From assembly GCA_900758165.1 (NCBI GenBank), contig CAAEQN010000136.1, positions 1 through 59,433 of the forward strand: a stretch of DNA of 59,433 bases. Reading direction: 5' to 3'. Below are positions 47,564 to 57,435 of the stretch, piece by piece (positions within the stretch are counted from its first letter, which is position 1; each line of letters starts with the position of its first letter). The translations under genes and the position numbers were made by a program. Below the pieces are notes generated by a model. That model was not told where the DNA came from. It did not search any database and saw only the letters and a list, made by a program, of their open reading frames with translations. The stretch comes from Clostridia bacterium. Its GTDB lineage: Bacteria > Bacillota > Clostridia > TANB77 > CAG-508.

Positions 47564-50392
47564 ATGAATGATAATATTATAATTAAAGGTGCAAAAGAGC
47601 ACAATTTAAAAAATATAAATTTAACAATTCCAAGAAATAAACTTGTTGTTTTAACAGGCCTTTCAGGATCTGGAAAATCTTCACTCGCATTTGATACACT
47701 ATATGCAGAGGGACAAAGAAGGTATGTAGAGAGCTTATCTTCTTATGCTAGACAGTTTTTAGGAATGATGGAGAAACCAGAAGTTGAGTCAATAGAAGGA
47801 CTATCTCCTGCAATTTCAATAGATCAAAAAACAACATCAAGAAATCCGCGTTCAACTGTTGGAACCGTAACAGAAATATATGATTATATTCGTTTGCTAT
47901 ATGCAAGAATAGGGCAGGCGTATTGTCCTATTTGTGGTAAAAAAATCGAAAAACAAACTATAGACCAAATAGTGGATAATATATTAGAACTTGAAGAAGG
48001 GACAAGAATTCAAATTTTTGCTCCTGTTGTTCGTGGCAGAAAAGGAGAATTTGTAAAACAATTAGAAGATTATCAAAAAGCTGGATTTGTAAGAGTTAGA
48101 ATAGATGACCAAATGTATGAATTTGGTGAAGATGAAATTAATTTGGACAAAAATAAAAAACATAATGTAGATTTAGTAGTAGATAGATTAATTATAAAAC
48201 CTGACATTCGTTCTCGTTTAACAGAGTCTGTTGAAACAGCGATGCAATATGCAAATAATTTAGTAACAGTTGCCATTGTTGGCCAAGGTGAAAAAATATA
48301 TAGTCAAAACTATGCTTGTACTGACTGTGGAATAAGTTTTGAAGAACTTACTCCTAGAATGTTCTCTTTTAACAATCCTTATGGAGCTTGTCCAGAGTGT
48401 ACAGGAATTGGTTATTTAATGAGAATAGATGAAGACTTAATTATTCCAGATAAAAATAAAACTTTATATGATGGGGTAAAAGCTTTTGGTGCAAGTACAA
48501 TGAAAAAAGGCGACACAATGGCAAAGATGTATTTTGAAAGTGTTGCTAAACATTATAAAGTTAAAATAAAGGATGTTCCAATAAAGAAATTACCAAGAGA
48601 GTTTTTAAACAAGATTTTATATGGAACAGGAGACGAAGAAATAAACTTTGAATATACATCTGCTGCTGGTACAAGAAAATATACAGCACCATTTGAAGGA
48701 GTAATTCCGACACTAGAAAGAAGACATAATGAGACAAAATCAAATGGAATGAGATCTTTTTATGAGATGTATATGAGTGAGTCACCTTGTCTTGCTTGTC
48801 ATGGAGCCAGATTAAGAAAAGAGAGCTTGTCTGTAAAAGTTGGAAATAAAAATATAAATGAGCTAACAGATATGTCAATAGATAAAATAAAGGACTATCT
48901 AAACTCTTTAGAGCTATCAGAGAAAAATGCAATGATAGCAGAACAAATTATGCAAGAGTTAAATAAGAGATTACAGTTCTTAATAGATGTTGGATTAGAT
49001 TACTTAACCTTATCAAGACCAGCAGGAAGTTTGTCAGGAGGAGAAGCACAAAGAATTAGGCTTGCAACGCAAATAGGAGCAGGACTTACAGGTGTGTTAT
49101 ATATTTTAGATGAACCAAGTATTGGACTTCATCAAAGGGATAATGATAAATTAATAGCAACACTTAAAAAATTAAGAGATTTGGGAAATTCAGTTATAGT
49201 CGTAGAACACGATGAAGATACAATGTATGCAGCAGACCAGATTATAGACATAGGGCCAGGTGCAGGAGTTCACGGTGGTTATGTAATGGCACAGGGAACT
49301 GTTGAAGAGGTTAAAAATTCTCCAAACTCTATAACAGGAGATTATTTAAGTGGAAGAAAACAAATTCTAGTGCCAAAACATAGAAGAAAATCAAATGGCA
49401 AATCTATAGAAATAGTGGGAGCAGAAGAACACAACCTAAAAAATATAACAGTAAAATTTCCATTAGGTCAATTTATTTGTGTAACAGGTGTTTCAGGCTC
49501 TGGTAAGTCAACATTAGTAAATGAGATACTATATAAAACAATAGCAAGAGATTTAAATGGTTCAAATGAAAAACCAGGAAAATGTAAAGAAGTAAAAGGT
49601 TTGCAAAACATAGACAAAATAGTAAATATAGACCAATCTCCAATAGGAAAAACTCCTCGTTCAAACCCAGCAACGTATACAGGAGTATTTGATTTAATTA
49701 GAGATATATTTGCAGAAATGAATGAGTCTAAATTAAGAGGATATGATAAAGGAAGATTTAGTTTTAATGTTCCAGGCGGAAGATGCGAGGCTTGTAATGG
49801 TGATGGCGTTTTAAAAATAGAAATGCACTTTTTATCAGATATATATGTACCTTGTGAAGTTTGCCATGGAAAGAGATATAATAAAGAAACTCTAGAGATA
49901 AAATATAAAGGTAAATCTATTGCAGATGTATTAGATATGACAGTCGAAGAGGCTTTAACATTCTTTGATAAGATTCCTAGAATCAAATCTAAAATACAAA
50001 CATTATATGATGTTGGACTTGGTTATATCAAATTAGGACAACCTTCTACAACACTATCAGGTGGAGAAGCACAAAGAGTAAAACTTGCAACAGAGCTTTC
50101 TAAAAAAGCAACAGGAAAAACGCTTTATATTTTAGATGAACCTACAACAGGTCTTCATATAGCAGATGTTCATAAATTAGTAGATATACTGCAAAGACTG
50201 GTTGATGCTGGAAACTCTGTTATAGTAATTGAACACAATTTAGATTTAATAAAAACTTGTGACTATATTATAGATTTAGGACCAGAAGGGGGAGACAAAG
50301 GAGGAGAAGTCCTTTGTGTTGGATCACCAGAACAGATAGTAAAAAACGAAAGAAGTTATACAGGAAAATTTTTAAAAAAATATATTGTATAA
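47564..50392 (+). CDS. uvrA: Excinuclease ABC subunit A
   Basis: Two ABC modules (GLSGSGKSS / GVSGSGKST; [12 protein letters not shown] / [12 protein letters not shown]), zinc-finger Cys clusters, 942 aa. Confidence 0.97.
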   Translation: MNDNIIIKGAKEHNLKNINLTIPRNKLVVLTGLSGSGKSSLAFDTLYAEGQRRYVESLSSYARQFLGMMEKPEVESIEGLSPAISIDQKTTSRNPRSTVGTVTEIYDYIRLLYARIGQAYCPICGKKIEKQTIDQIVDNILELEEGTRIQIFAPVVRGRKGEFVKQLEDYQKAGFVRVRIDDQMYEFGEDEINLDKNKKHNVDLVVDRLIIKPDIRSRLTESVETAMQYANNLVTVAIVGQGEKIYSQNYACTDCGISFEELTPRMFSFNNPYGACPECTGIGYLMRIDEDLIIPDKNKTLYDGVKAFGASTMKKGDTMAKMYFESVAKHYKVKIKDVPIKKLPREFLNKILYGTGDEEINFEYTSAAGTRKYTAPFEGVIPTLERRHNETKSNGMRSFYEMYMSESPCLACHGARLRKESLSVKVGNKNINELTDMSIDKIKDYLNSLELSEKNAMIAEQIMQELNKRLQFLIDVGLDYLTLSRPAGSLSGGEAQRIRLATQIGAGLTGVLYILDEPSIGLHQRDNDKLIATLKKLRDLGNSVIVVEHDEDTMYAADQIIDIGPGAGVHGGYVMAQGTVEEVKNSPNSITGDYLSGRKQILVPKHRRKSNGKSIEIVGAEEHNLKNITVKFPLGQFICVTGVSGSGKSTLVNEILYKTIARDLNGSNEKPGKCKEVKGLQNIDKIVNIDQSPIGKTPRSNPATYTGVFDLIRDIFAEMNESKLRGYDKGRFSFNVPGGRCEACNGDGVLKIEMHFLSDIYVPCEVCHGKRYNKETLEIKYKGKSIADVLDMTVEEALTFFDKIPRIKSKIQTLYDVGLGYIKLGQPSTTLSGGEAQRVKLATELSKKATGKTLYILDEPTTGLHIADVHKLVDILQRLVDAGNSVIVIEHNLDLIKTCDYIIDLGPEGGDKGGEVLCVGSPEQIVKNERSYTGKFLKKYIV

Positions 50393-50466
50393 AAATATAT
50401 TATAATTAAAAATGGAAAAGCCTGGAAAAAACAACTTCATATAGATTATAAAAAAAGTGAATACTA

Positions 50467-50495
50467 TTGCAAAAAATGATATTTTGTGATATTAT
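50467..50495 (+). promoter_or_regulatory. Extended -10 sigma-A type promoter upstream of the Clp/M41 fusion gene
   Basis: TTGCAA (50467-50472), a 17-nt spacer ending in TGa, then TATTAT (50490-50495). Confidence 0.5.
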
Positions 50496-50624
50496 GTATA
50501 CGAAAAAGTTTTACTAGAGAATATATAATTATGTATTCTCAATTACTTTTATATTAAAATTAAAAGGAGGCAATATTTTAGCAAACCCAAATTTTATTAT
50601 GAAAGGAGCATAGTATAATAGCTT

Positions 50625-52475
50625 ATGCGGTATTCTCATGAAGTATCTTTAATTCTGAAAGAAATGAAGGAAATAGCGTGCAGATACGACAATCCCGAAA
50701 TCACTGAAATTTGTGTGTTTACGGCGTTGTATGATGGAGTAGAGTGGTTTAAAAAACAAGTGAATGAAGCAGCTCCGGAATATATGCTGGATGATCTAAT
50801 TTTAGATCTTTTGGAAGAACATGCAGTAGAAGGACAGCAACCATCGGAAGACATTGATTATAGTCAAGAAGTAGAAAATATTTTTTGCTATGCTGAACTT
50901 ATGGCAAAAGAAGAACAACATACTGAAGTGAGCCTTGAGCATTTAGTTTTTTCTCTCTTGATGAATGGCTCAAGTGAGTTTAAGAGTTTTATTGCCACAG
51001 CAAAAATCAATGTGGAGAAAATTACAATGAATCTTCTTGGAAAAGAAGAACAAAGGGAAGACAATGAGATTGGCGTAAACAGCATTTTTGAAATTCCAAG
51101 CTCAATTTCAAGTTTTGTTACTGTTTTGAACACAAAACGTGGAATTGGAAAAGAGTGTGCCATTAGTGGTAGAGAAAAAGAGCTTGACAAGATTTGGAAC
51201 ATTATGCTTAAAAAAACTAAACGTAATGTAATACTTCTTGGTGAAGCTGGAGTTGGAAAGTCATCAATAGTTTATAAACTTGCAAGTAGCATTGTTACAG
51301 GGGATTGCCCGGAGACATTTAAGAATGCAGTGGTTATATCTCTTGATGTAAATGCAATTATTGCAGGAACCAAATTCAGAGGAGATGCAGAACAGAGATT
51401 CAAAGAATTCATTGACTTTATTGAAGAAAATGAAGACGTAATTGTCTTTATAGACGAAATCCATATGATTATCGGAGCTGGAGGTTCTGAAGGAAATAAA
51501 ACTGGTGACCTTGCAAACACTCTGAAACCCCTTTTGGCTAGTGATAATTCTAGAATTATCGGTGCTACTACAACAGAAGAATATGAAAAGTATTTTTCTG
51601 AAGATGGGGCATTAAGACGTAGGTTCCAGACTATTGTTGTTAAGGAACCTAAAACCACAGAAGTCTACGATATGCTTAAAGATACTATTAAGCAATTGGA
51701 AAGCTTCCATGGTGTCAGCATTTCGAAAGAAATGGTAGATTTTATTATTCTTCAATCCTCGTGTTTCAATTATGAAACCAGGAATCCTGACAGAACCAAA
51801 GATCTTATTGATCTGGCAATGGCTACAGCTAGAAGAACTGGCAAAAAAGAAGTTGACGAAAGCTCTGTTACGAAAAATTTCGATATGCATATTGAAAAAT
51901 TTCATAACATGCCAAAAGACTCTCTTATGGCTACTGCTTACCACGAAGCAGGTCATTATGTAATGCATGTAATGTCCGGCAGACTGGTAGATTTCAAAAC
52001 TATAGCAGTATCCATTATACCTACTGAAAACTATATGGGAGTAAATGTACTTGATAATACAGATATTCCCGTCATTAGCGATATGAACTATTTTATAGAT
52101 TATATTGCTAGCATGTTGGCAGGTAGAGTTGCTGAAAGCTTGTATACCGGTTACTACAACGCTGGTGCTAGAGATGATTTGAGAAAAGCTACTGAGCAAG
52201 CTTACAATGTTGTCACAAAATATGGCATGGGAAATGGAGTATGCAAAAATTATGCATATTTTCAAGAAATGAAGAATGAAAGAATCACTGATGCTATTAA
52301 TGTAGAAGTTGATTCAATTATTCGTAAAGCGTATCAAAGAGCTGAAGAAGTTCTTAAAACAAACAGACCGCTTCTTGAAGAAATTGCAAAGCAACTTTGC
52401 CAAAAAGGTATTTTGCGTTGTGAAGAACTTGAAAAAATGGTTCTTAAATTTCAGGAAGAAGAGGCTTTTGCCTAA
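50625..52475 (+). CDS. Soluble fusion protease: Clp_N repeat plus ClpC/ClpB-type AAA+ D1 module plus FtsH-type M41 zinc peptidase
   Basis: Clp_N-like N-terminus. GREKELDKIWNIMLKKTKRNVILLGEAGVGKSS (Walker A), VIVFIDEIHMIIGAG (Walker B), IIGATTTEEYEKYFSEDGALRRRFQ. The C-terminal TAYHEAGHYVMHV...LAGRVAESL...GARDDLRKATEQAYNVVTKYGMG parallels the native FtsH. No transmembrane segment is visible. Confidence 0.85.
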   Translation: MRYSHEVSLILKEMKEIACRYDNPEITEICVFTALYDGVEWFKKQVNEAAPEYMLDDLILDLLEEHAVEGQQPSEDIDYSQEVENIFCYAELMAKEEQHTEVSLEHLVFSLLMNGSSEFKSFIATAKINVEKITMNLLGKEEQREDNEIGVNSIFEIPSSISSFVTVLNTKRGIGKECAISGREKELDKIWNIMLKKTKRNVILLGEAGVGKSSIVYKLASSIVTGDCPETFKNAVVISLDVNAIIAGTKFRGDAEQRFKEFIDFIEENEDVIVFIDEIHMIIGAGGSEGNKTGDLANTLKPLLASDNSRIIGATTTEEYEKYFSEDGALRRRFQTIVVKEPKTTEVYDMLKDTIKQLESFHGVSISKEMVDFIILQSSCFNYETRNPDRTKDLIDLAMATARRTGKKEVDESSVTKNFDMHIEKFHNMPKDSLMATAYHEAGHYVMHVMSGRLVDFKTIAVSIIPTENYMGVNVLDNTDIPVISDMNYFIDYIASMLAGRVAESLYTGYYNAGARDDLRKATEQAYNVVTKYGMGNGVCKNYAYFQEMKNERITDAINVEVDSIIRKAYQRAEEVLKTNRPLLEEIAKQLCQKGILRCEELEKMVLKFQEEEAFA

Positions 52476-52485
52476 AATACTATGC

Positions 52486-52525
52486 AAAGAAGTGCTATGA
52501 AAATACATAGCACTTCTTTTATATT
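52486..52525 (+). terminator. Strong rho-independent terminator after the fusion protease gene
   Basis: Perfect 14-bp stem AAAGAAGTGCTATG (52486-52499) / CATAGCACTTCTTT (52506-52519) with a 6-nt loop and a T-rich tail. Confidence 0.85.
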
Positions 52526-52529
52526 TTAC

Positions 52530-52558
52530 TTGAATGAACATATATTAAATGATATAAT
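52530..52558 (+). promoter_or_regulatory. Sigma-A type promoter of mgtA
   Basis: TTGAAT (52530-52535), a 17-nt spacer, then TATAAT (52553-52558). Confidence 0.55.
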
Positions 52559-52648
52559 TTATTGCAATACTATAATCTTACAAAGAATATTTCAAAAAAT
52601 ATAGGAAAGAATAATACAAAATATTACGAAATATTAGGAGAAGATTAT

Positions 52649-55249
52649 ATGATAAACAATAAAGAAGAAATTGACATATATGAAATGTATGGAGAAGATG
52701 CAACAAATACAAAAGAAGAATTTTGCATAAAACATCAAATAAATGATAATGGAATTTCAAATGAGGATGTAAATGATAAACTACATCATTTTGGATTAAA
52801 TGAGATAAAGCAAGCAAAGCCTAAAAAATGGTATCATTATTTAGGGCAAAGTTTAATTACTCCGTTTAACTGTATATTACTAGGCATAGTTGCTATTTTA
52901 ATATATACAGATATTTATTTAGCAAGTACACCAAATTACGCAAATATTATTGCAATAGCAGTTCTTGTTACAGCAAGTACTCTTTTAGATTTTTTTGAAG
53001 AATATAGATCTAATAAAGCAGCAGAAAAGCTAAAAGAAATGGTTGCAACAACGGCAACAGTTATAAGAGATAGACAACAAATTAAGATACCAATAAAAAA
53101 TGTTGTTTTAGAAGATACAGTTTTATTATCAGCAGGCAGCATGGTACCAGCAGATATAAGAATTATAGAAGCAAAAGATTTATATGTTAGACAATCATCT
53201 TTAACAGGAGAAGCTGATAGTATAAAAAAAGACATTGAGCTAACTGATAAAAACATTAAAAGCATAAGTGACTTAAACAATATTTGTTTTATGGGAACGA
53301 ATGTTATTTCTGGGACAGCTAAAGGAGTAGTTATAAAAACTGGTGACTCAAGTTATTTTGGAAAAATTGCACATACAATAACTTCAGGAAAAAAGAAAAC
53401 TGCATTTCAAAAAGGTATAGAAAATATTAGTAAATTATTAATTAGATTCATGATTGTATTAATACCGATAGTATTTCTTCTAAATGTAGAAAAACATGAT
53501 ATAATAATTGCATTTACATTTGCTGTTGCAATAGCAATATGTATAACACCTTTATTGTTACCAGTTATTTTATCATCAAGCTTATCAAAAGGTGCAATAA
53601 GGATGTCCAAAAAGAAAACTATAGTAAAGAAGTTAGATTCAATACAAAATTTTGGAGCAATAAATATATTATGCACAGATAAAACAGGTACACTTACAGA
53701 AGATAGAATAGTGCTTGAAAAATATTTAGATATATATGGAAATGAAGATATAAGAATTCTAAAGCATGCATTTTTAAATTCATATTTTCAAACAGGGCTA
53801 AAAAGCAATATAGACGAAGCAGTTATAAAAAGGGCATTAGAAAATGATATGGAAAAATTGGCAAAGCAATACCAGATAATAGACGAAATTCCATTTGATT
53901 TCTCAAGGAGACGTTTATCAACAATAGTAACTGATGGGACAAAAAAACAATTAATAACAAAAGGTGCAGTTGAAGAAATTTTAAATATTTGTTCAATGGT
54001 GGATTATAAAGGACAGGTATCACCAATAACAAAAGAAATAAAAAACAACATAAAACAGATTGCTAAAAAATTAAATGAAAATGGTTTAAGAGTAATCGCG
54101 GTATGCCAAAAAAACGACATACAAGGAATAGAAAAATTTGGTATTAGTGATGAAAAAAACATGGTGCTATTAGGATTTATAGGATTTTTAGATCCACCAA
54201 AAGAAAGCGCAAAAAAATCAATAGAAAAATTAAATAAAGCAGGAATAAGAGTTATAGTTCTTACAGGAGATAATGAAGAGGTTACAAAATGTATTTGTGG
54301 TAAAGTTAATATAACTTCAAAAAGGATAATATCTGGAAATAAATTAGATAAATTATCCGATGTGGCTGTTTTAAGAATATTAAAGGAAACTAACATATTT
54401 GTAAAACTTTCGCCAATACAAAAAGCTAGAATTGTAAGAATATTAAAAGAATCAGATAACATAGTAGGATATATAGGAGATGGTATAAATGATAGTCCTT
54501 CACTAATTAATTCGGATGTTGGAATATCAGTTGATACAGCAGTTGATATAGCAAAAGAGTCCGCAGATATTATTTTACTAGAAAAAGATTTAAATATATT
54601 ACTAGATGGGGTAGAAGAGGGAAGACAAACTTTTGCAAATTTAATGAAATATATAAAAATGGCTACAAGTTTTAATTTAGGAGAAGTTGTATCTGTTATT
54701 ATAGGAAGCATATTTTTACCTTTTCTACCAGAAACACCAATTCAGCTTTTAGTAGAAGGACTTTTGTATGACTTTGGACAAATGACATTACCATTTGATA
54801 ATGTAGATGATGAATATTTGCAAGAACCAAAGAAATTCAATATAGATAGTCTAAAAAGATTTATGGTATTTATGGGACCTGTAAGTTCTATGTTTGATAT
54901 AGTTGTGTTTATTCTACTTTGGTTTAAATTTGGAGTAAGAGATGCAACGCATTTTCAAACAATATGGTTCACATACAGTATAGTTTCAAATTTAATAGGA
55001 ATGCATATTATAAGAACAGCAAAAATACCATTTATACAAAGCAATGCTAATAAAGCAGTATATATTTCATCTGGTTTACTAATATTAGTAGGAATTTTGG
55101 TGCCATATACAGCATTCGGAACTATGATTGGTCTAGCACCAATTGCATTTAAATATATAGTAATGATTTTTGTAGTATCGATTTTCTATTGCTTTGTAGC
55201 AAGTTTTGCAAAAAGAATTTATATAAACAAATATAAAGAATGGATATAA
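52649..55249 (+). CDS. mgtA: Magnesium-translocating P-type ATPase
   Basis: CTDKTGTLT phosphorylation site, TGES-type SLTGEADS, GDGINDSPSL, about 10 transmembrane helices, and an MgtA-like N-terminus. The start is moved to ATG 52649, behind AGGAG. Confidence 0.9.
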   Translation: MINNKEEIDIYEMYGEDATNTKEEFCIKHQINDNGISNEDVNDKLHHFGLNEIKQAKPKKWYHYLGQSLITPFNCILLGIVAILIYTDIYLASTPNYANIIAIAVLVTASTLLDFFEEYRSNKAAEKLKEMVATTATVIRDRQQIKIPIKNVVLEDTVLLSAGSMVPADIRIIEAKDLYVRQSSLTGEADSIKKDIELTDKNIKSISDLNNICFMGTNVISGTAKGVVIKTGDSSYFGKIAHTITSGKKKTAFQKGIENISKLLIRFMIVLIPIVFLLNVEKHDIIIAFTFAVAIAICITPLLLPVILSSSLSKGAIRMSKKKTIVKKLDSIQNFGAINILCTDKTGTLTEDRIVLEKYLDIYGNEDIRILKHAFLNSYFQTGLKSNIDEAVIKRALENDMEKLAKQYQIIDEIPFDFSRRRLSTIVTDGTKKQLITKGAVEEILNICSMVDYKGQVSPITKEIKNNIKQIAKKLNENGLRVIAVCQKNDIQGIEKFGISDEKNMVLLGFIGFLDPPKESAKKSIEKLNKAGIRVIVLTGDNEEVTKCICGKVNITSKRIISGNKLDKLSDVAVLRILKETNIFVKLSPIQKARIVRILKESDNIVGYIGDGINDSPSLINSDVGISVDTAVDIAKESADIILLEKDLNILLDGVEEGRQTFANLMKYIKMATSFNLGEVVSVIIGSIFLPFLPETPIQLLVEGLLYDFGQMTLPFDNVDDEYLQEPKKFNIDSLKRFMVFMGPVSSMFDIVVFILLWFKFGVRDATHFQTIWFTYSIVSNLIGMHIIRTAKIPFIQSNANKAVYISSGLLILVGILVPYTAFGTMIGLAPIAFKYIVMIFVVSIFYCFVASFAKRIYINKYKEWI

Positions 55250-55290
55250 AAATAATAAAAAATAAAAAGTAGAGGTTGGAGATTAAAAAA

Positions 55291-55983
55291 ATGGAAAATA
55301 ACGAAAACAATATAGTAATTGGAATAGAAGGATTAGTCGGTTCAGGAAAAACATCTTTATGTAGAGAATTGCTAAAAATGATTCCTAATAGTATAATATT
55401 ACATGGAGGAAATTTATATAGAGGAATAGTATATGCTTTAATGAATTCTGGAATAGACTTAAAAAACATGACAAGTAAAGAGCATGTAGATATAAAAGAG
55501 TTAATGGTTTTATTAAAAGTTAATATAAAAATAGAAAATAATGAAAGCGTTGTGTATGTTAATGACAAAGAGATAAATGAAGATGATTTACAGTCAGATG
55601 TTAATTCTCTGGCAGTTTCTAAAGTTGCTAAAAATGCAGATAATTCAAAACTATATAAATTTGCAAAAAAATTAATAGATAATTATAAAAAGCAATATAA
55701 TGTAATAGTATCTGGAAGAGATTTAATGAAAATATATCCGGATTTGGATTATCACTTTTTTATAACAGCAGATTTGGATGAACGTGTAAATAGAAAAATG
55801 CATCAATATGAAAATACTGCAATAACTAAAGATGAACTAAAGAAACATATACAGACAAGAGATGAACTTCAAGAAAAATCAGGATTTTATAAAAGATATG
55901 AAAATACTATTGATGTAGATGTAACAGATTGTAAATCTGCAAAAGACTCTGCAAAAAAAGTATTAGCTTTTATCAAATTATAA
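55291..55983 (+). CDS. cmk: (d)CMP kinase
   Basis: IGIEGLVGSGKTS P-loop, GGNLYRG (compare GAMYRA), and SGRDL. The start is moved to ATG 55291. Confidence 0.6.
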   Translation: MENNENNIVIGIEGLVGSGKTSLCRELLKMIPNSIILHGGNLYRGIVYALMNSGIDLKNMTSKEHVDIKELMVLLKVNIKIENNESVVYVNDKEINEDDLQSDVNSLAVSKVAKNADNSKLYKFAKKLIDNYKKQYNVIVSGRDLMKIYPDLDYHFFITADLDERVNRKMHQYENTAITKDELKKHIQTRDELQEKSGFYKRYENTIDVDVTDCKSAKDSAKKVLAFIKL

Positions 55984-56037
55984 CAGGCTTATAGGTTAGC
56001 CTTTAATAACCTAAATATTATTATAAGGTATAAAATT

Positions 56038-57435
56038 ATGGAATATGTAAATGAAAACTTAGAAAAGTTTGAAGAATATTTAAATGGTAAAAAAGTTGCA
56101 ATAATTGGTATGGGAGTAAGTAATATACCTCTTTTAGATTATTTTTATAATAAAAATGCAAAAGTAACTGTTTTTGACAGAAATAATCTATCTGACGAAA
56201 TAATGGAAAAGATAAACAAATATAGATATGAAGTGGAAATTGGTGAAGATAATTTATCAAGATTACATGGCTTTGATATTATATTTAGATCACCAAGTAT
56301 ATTACCAACAAGAAGAGAACTTTCTAATGAGGCCGAAAGAGGAGCGGTCGTTACTTCAGAAATAGAGATGGTATTAAAACTTGTACCATGTAAAGTTATA
56401 GGAATAACAGGAACAGAAGGAAAGACTACAACTACTTCTATAATTTATGAGATATTAAAAAAAGCAGGATATAAATGCTTTGTGGGTGGAAATATAGGCA
56501 AACCAATTTTTACACAAATAAATGAAATTAAACCTGATGACATAGTTGTATTAGAATTAAGTAGTTTTCAATTAATGGGAATGGAAATAAGTCCAGACAT
56601 AGCAGTTGTAACAAATATTTTTCCAGACCATTTAAACATTCACAAATCTTACGAGGAATATCAACAAGCAAAAAAGAATATATTTTTGCATCAAGATGAT
56701 AAAGGAATATTGGTAACAAATAAAGATAATGATATTACTAAAGAGTTTGAAACTGAAGCAAAAGGAAAAGTAATATTATTTAGTAGTTTAGAAACATTAA
56801 AAAATGGATATATATATGATAGACAAGATGGAAAAATAAAATGTTGTATTGATGGTAAAAAAGAAGAATTACTAGATAAAAATGAAATCAAATTAAGAGG
56901 AATACATAACTACGAAAATATTTGTGCTGCATTAGCTGCAACTAATGGTTTAGTAAATAGAGAAACTCAAATAGAAGCTATAAAACAATTTAAAGGTGTA
57001 GAACATAGGCTAGAATTTGTAAGAGAGCTAGATGGAGTAAAATATTATAATGATTCTATAGGAACAAGCCCAGCAAGTACTATCGCAGGGTTAAATGCCT
57101 TTGATGAAAATATTATATTATTAGCAGGAGGGTCTGATAAAGGTTTAGACTACAAAGAAATAGGGGAGACAATTGCAAAAAAAGTAGGAACCTTAATTTT
57201 AACTGGACCAACTTCTGAAAAAATAGAAAATGCTACAAAATTGGCGTTAAGTAATACTAATAGAAAAATGGAAATTATACATTGTAATAATTTAGAAGAA
57301 GCAGTGAAAATTTCAAAAGAGAAAGCAAAAACTGGAGATATTGTCTTGCTTTCACCAGCTAGTGCAAGTTTTGATGCATTTAAAAATTTTATGCAAAGAG
57401 GAGAAATGTTCAAACAATTTGTCAATAGCTTATAA
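56038..57435 (+). CDS. murD: UDP-N-acetylmuramoylalanine--D-glutamate ligase
   Basis: GMGVSN Rossmann N-terminus, GITGTEGKTTTTS, HRLEFV, NDSIGTSP, LLSPASASFDAF. Confidence 0.9.
   Translation: MEYVNENLEKFEEYLNGKKVAIIGMGVSNIPLLDYFYNKNAKVTVFDRNNLSDEIMEKINKYRYEVEIGEDNLSRLHGFDIIFRSPSILPTRRELSNEAERGAVVTSEIEMVLKLVPCKVIGITGTEGKTTTTSIIYEILKKAGYKCFVGGNIGKPIFTQINEIKPDDIVVLELSSFQLMGMEISPDIAVVTNIFPDHLNIHKSYEEYQQAKKNIFLHQDDKGILVTNKDNDITKEFETEAKGKVILFSSLETLKNGYIYDRQDGKIKCCIDGKKEELLDKNEIKLRGIHNYENICAALAATNGLVNRETQIEAIKQFKGVEHRLEFVRELDGVKYYNDSIGTSPASTIAGLNAFDENIILLAGGSDKGLDYKEIGETIAKKVGTLILTGPTSEKIENATKLALSNTNRKMEIIHCNNLEEAVKISKEKAKTGDIVLLSPASASFDAFKNFMQRGEMFKQFVNSL

Noticed and set aside
50599-50613. Four-codon mini-ORF ATG AAA GGA GCA TAG upstream of the fusion protease gene, as a leader peptide.
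   Set aside because: It has no SD of its own. Its sequence largely is the AAAGGAG element, so it is better treated as part of the unusual leader described in the findings.
52559-52648. Possible Mg2+ (M-box) riboswitch in the mgtA leader.
   Set aside because: The leader is about 85 nt of AT-rich sequence without the multi-helix M-box architecture, which needs about 160 nt.
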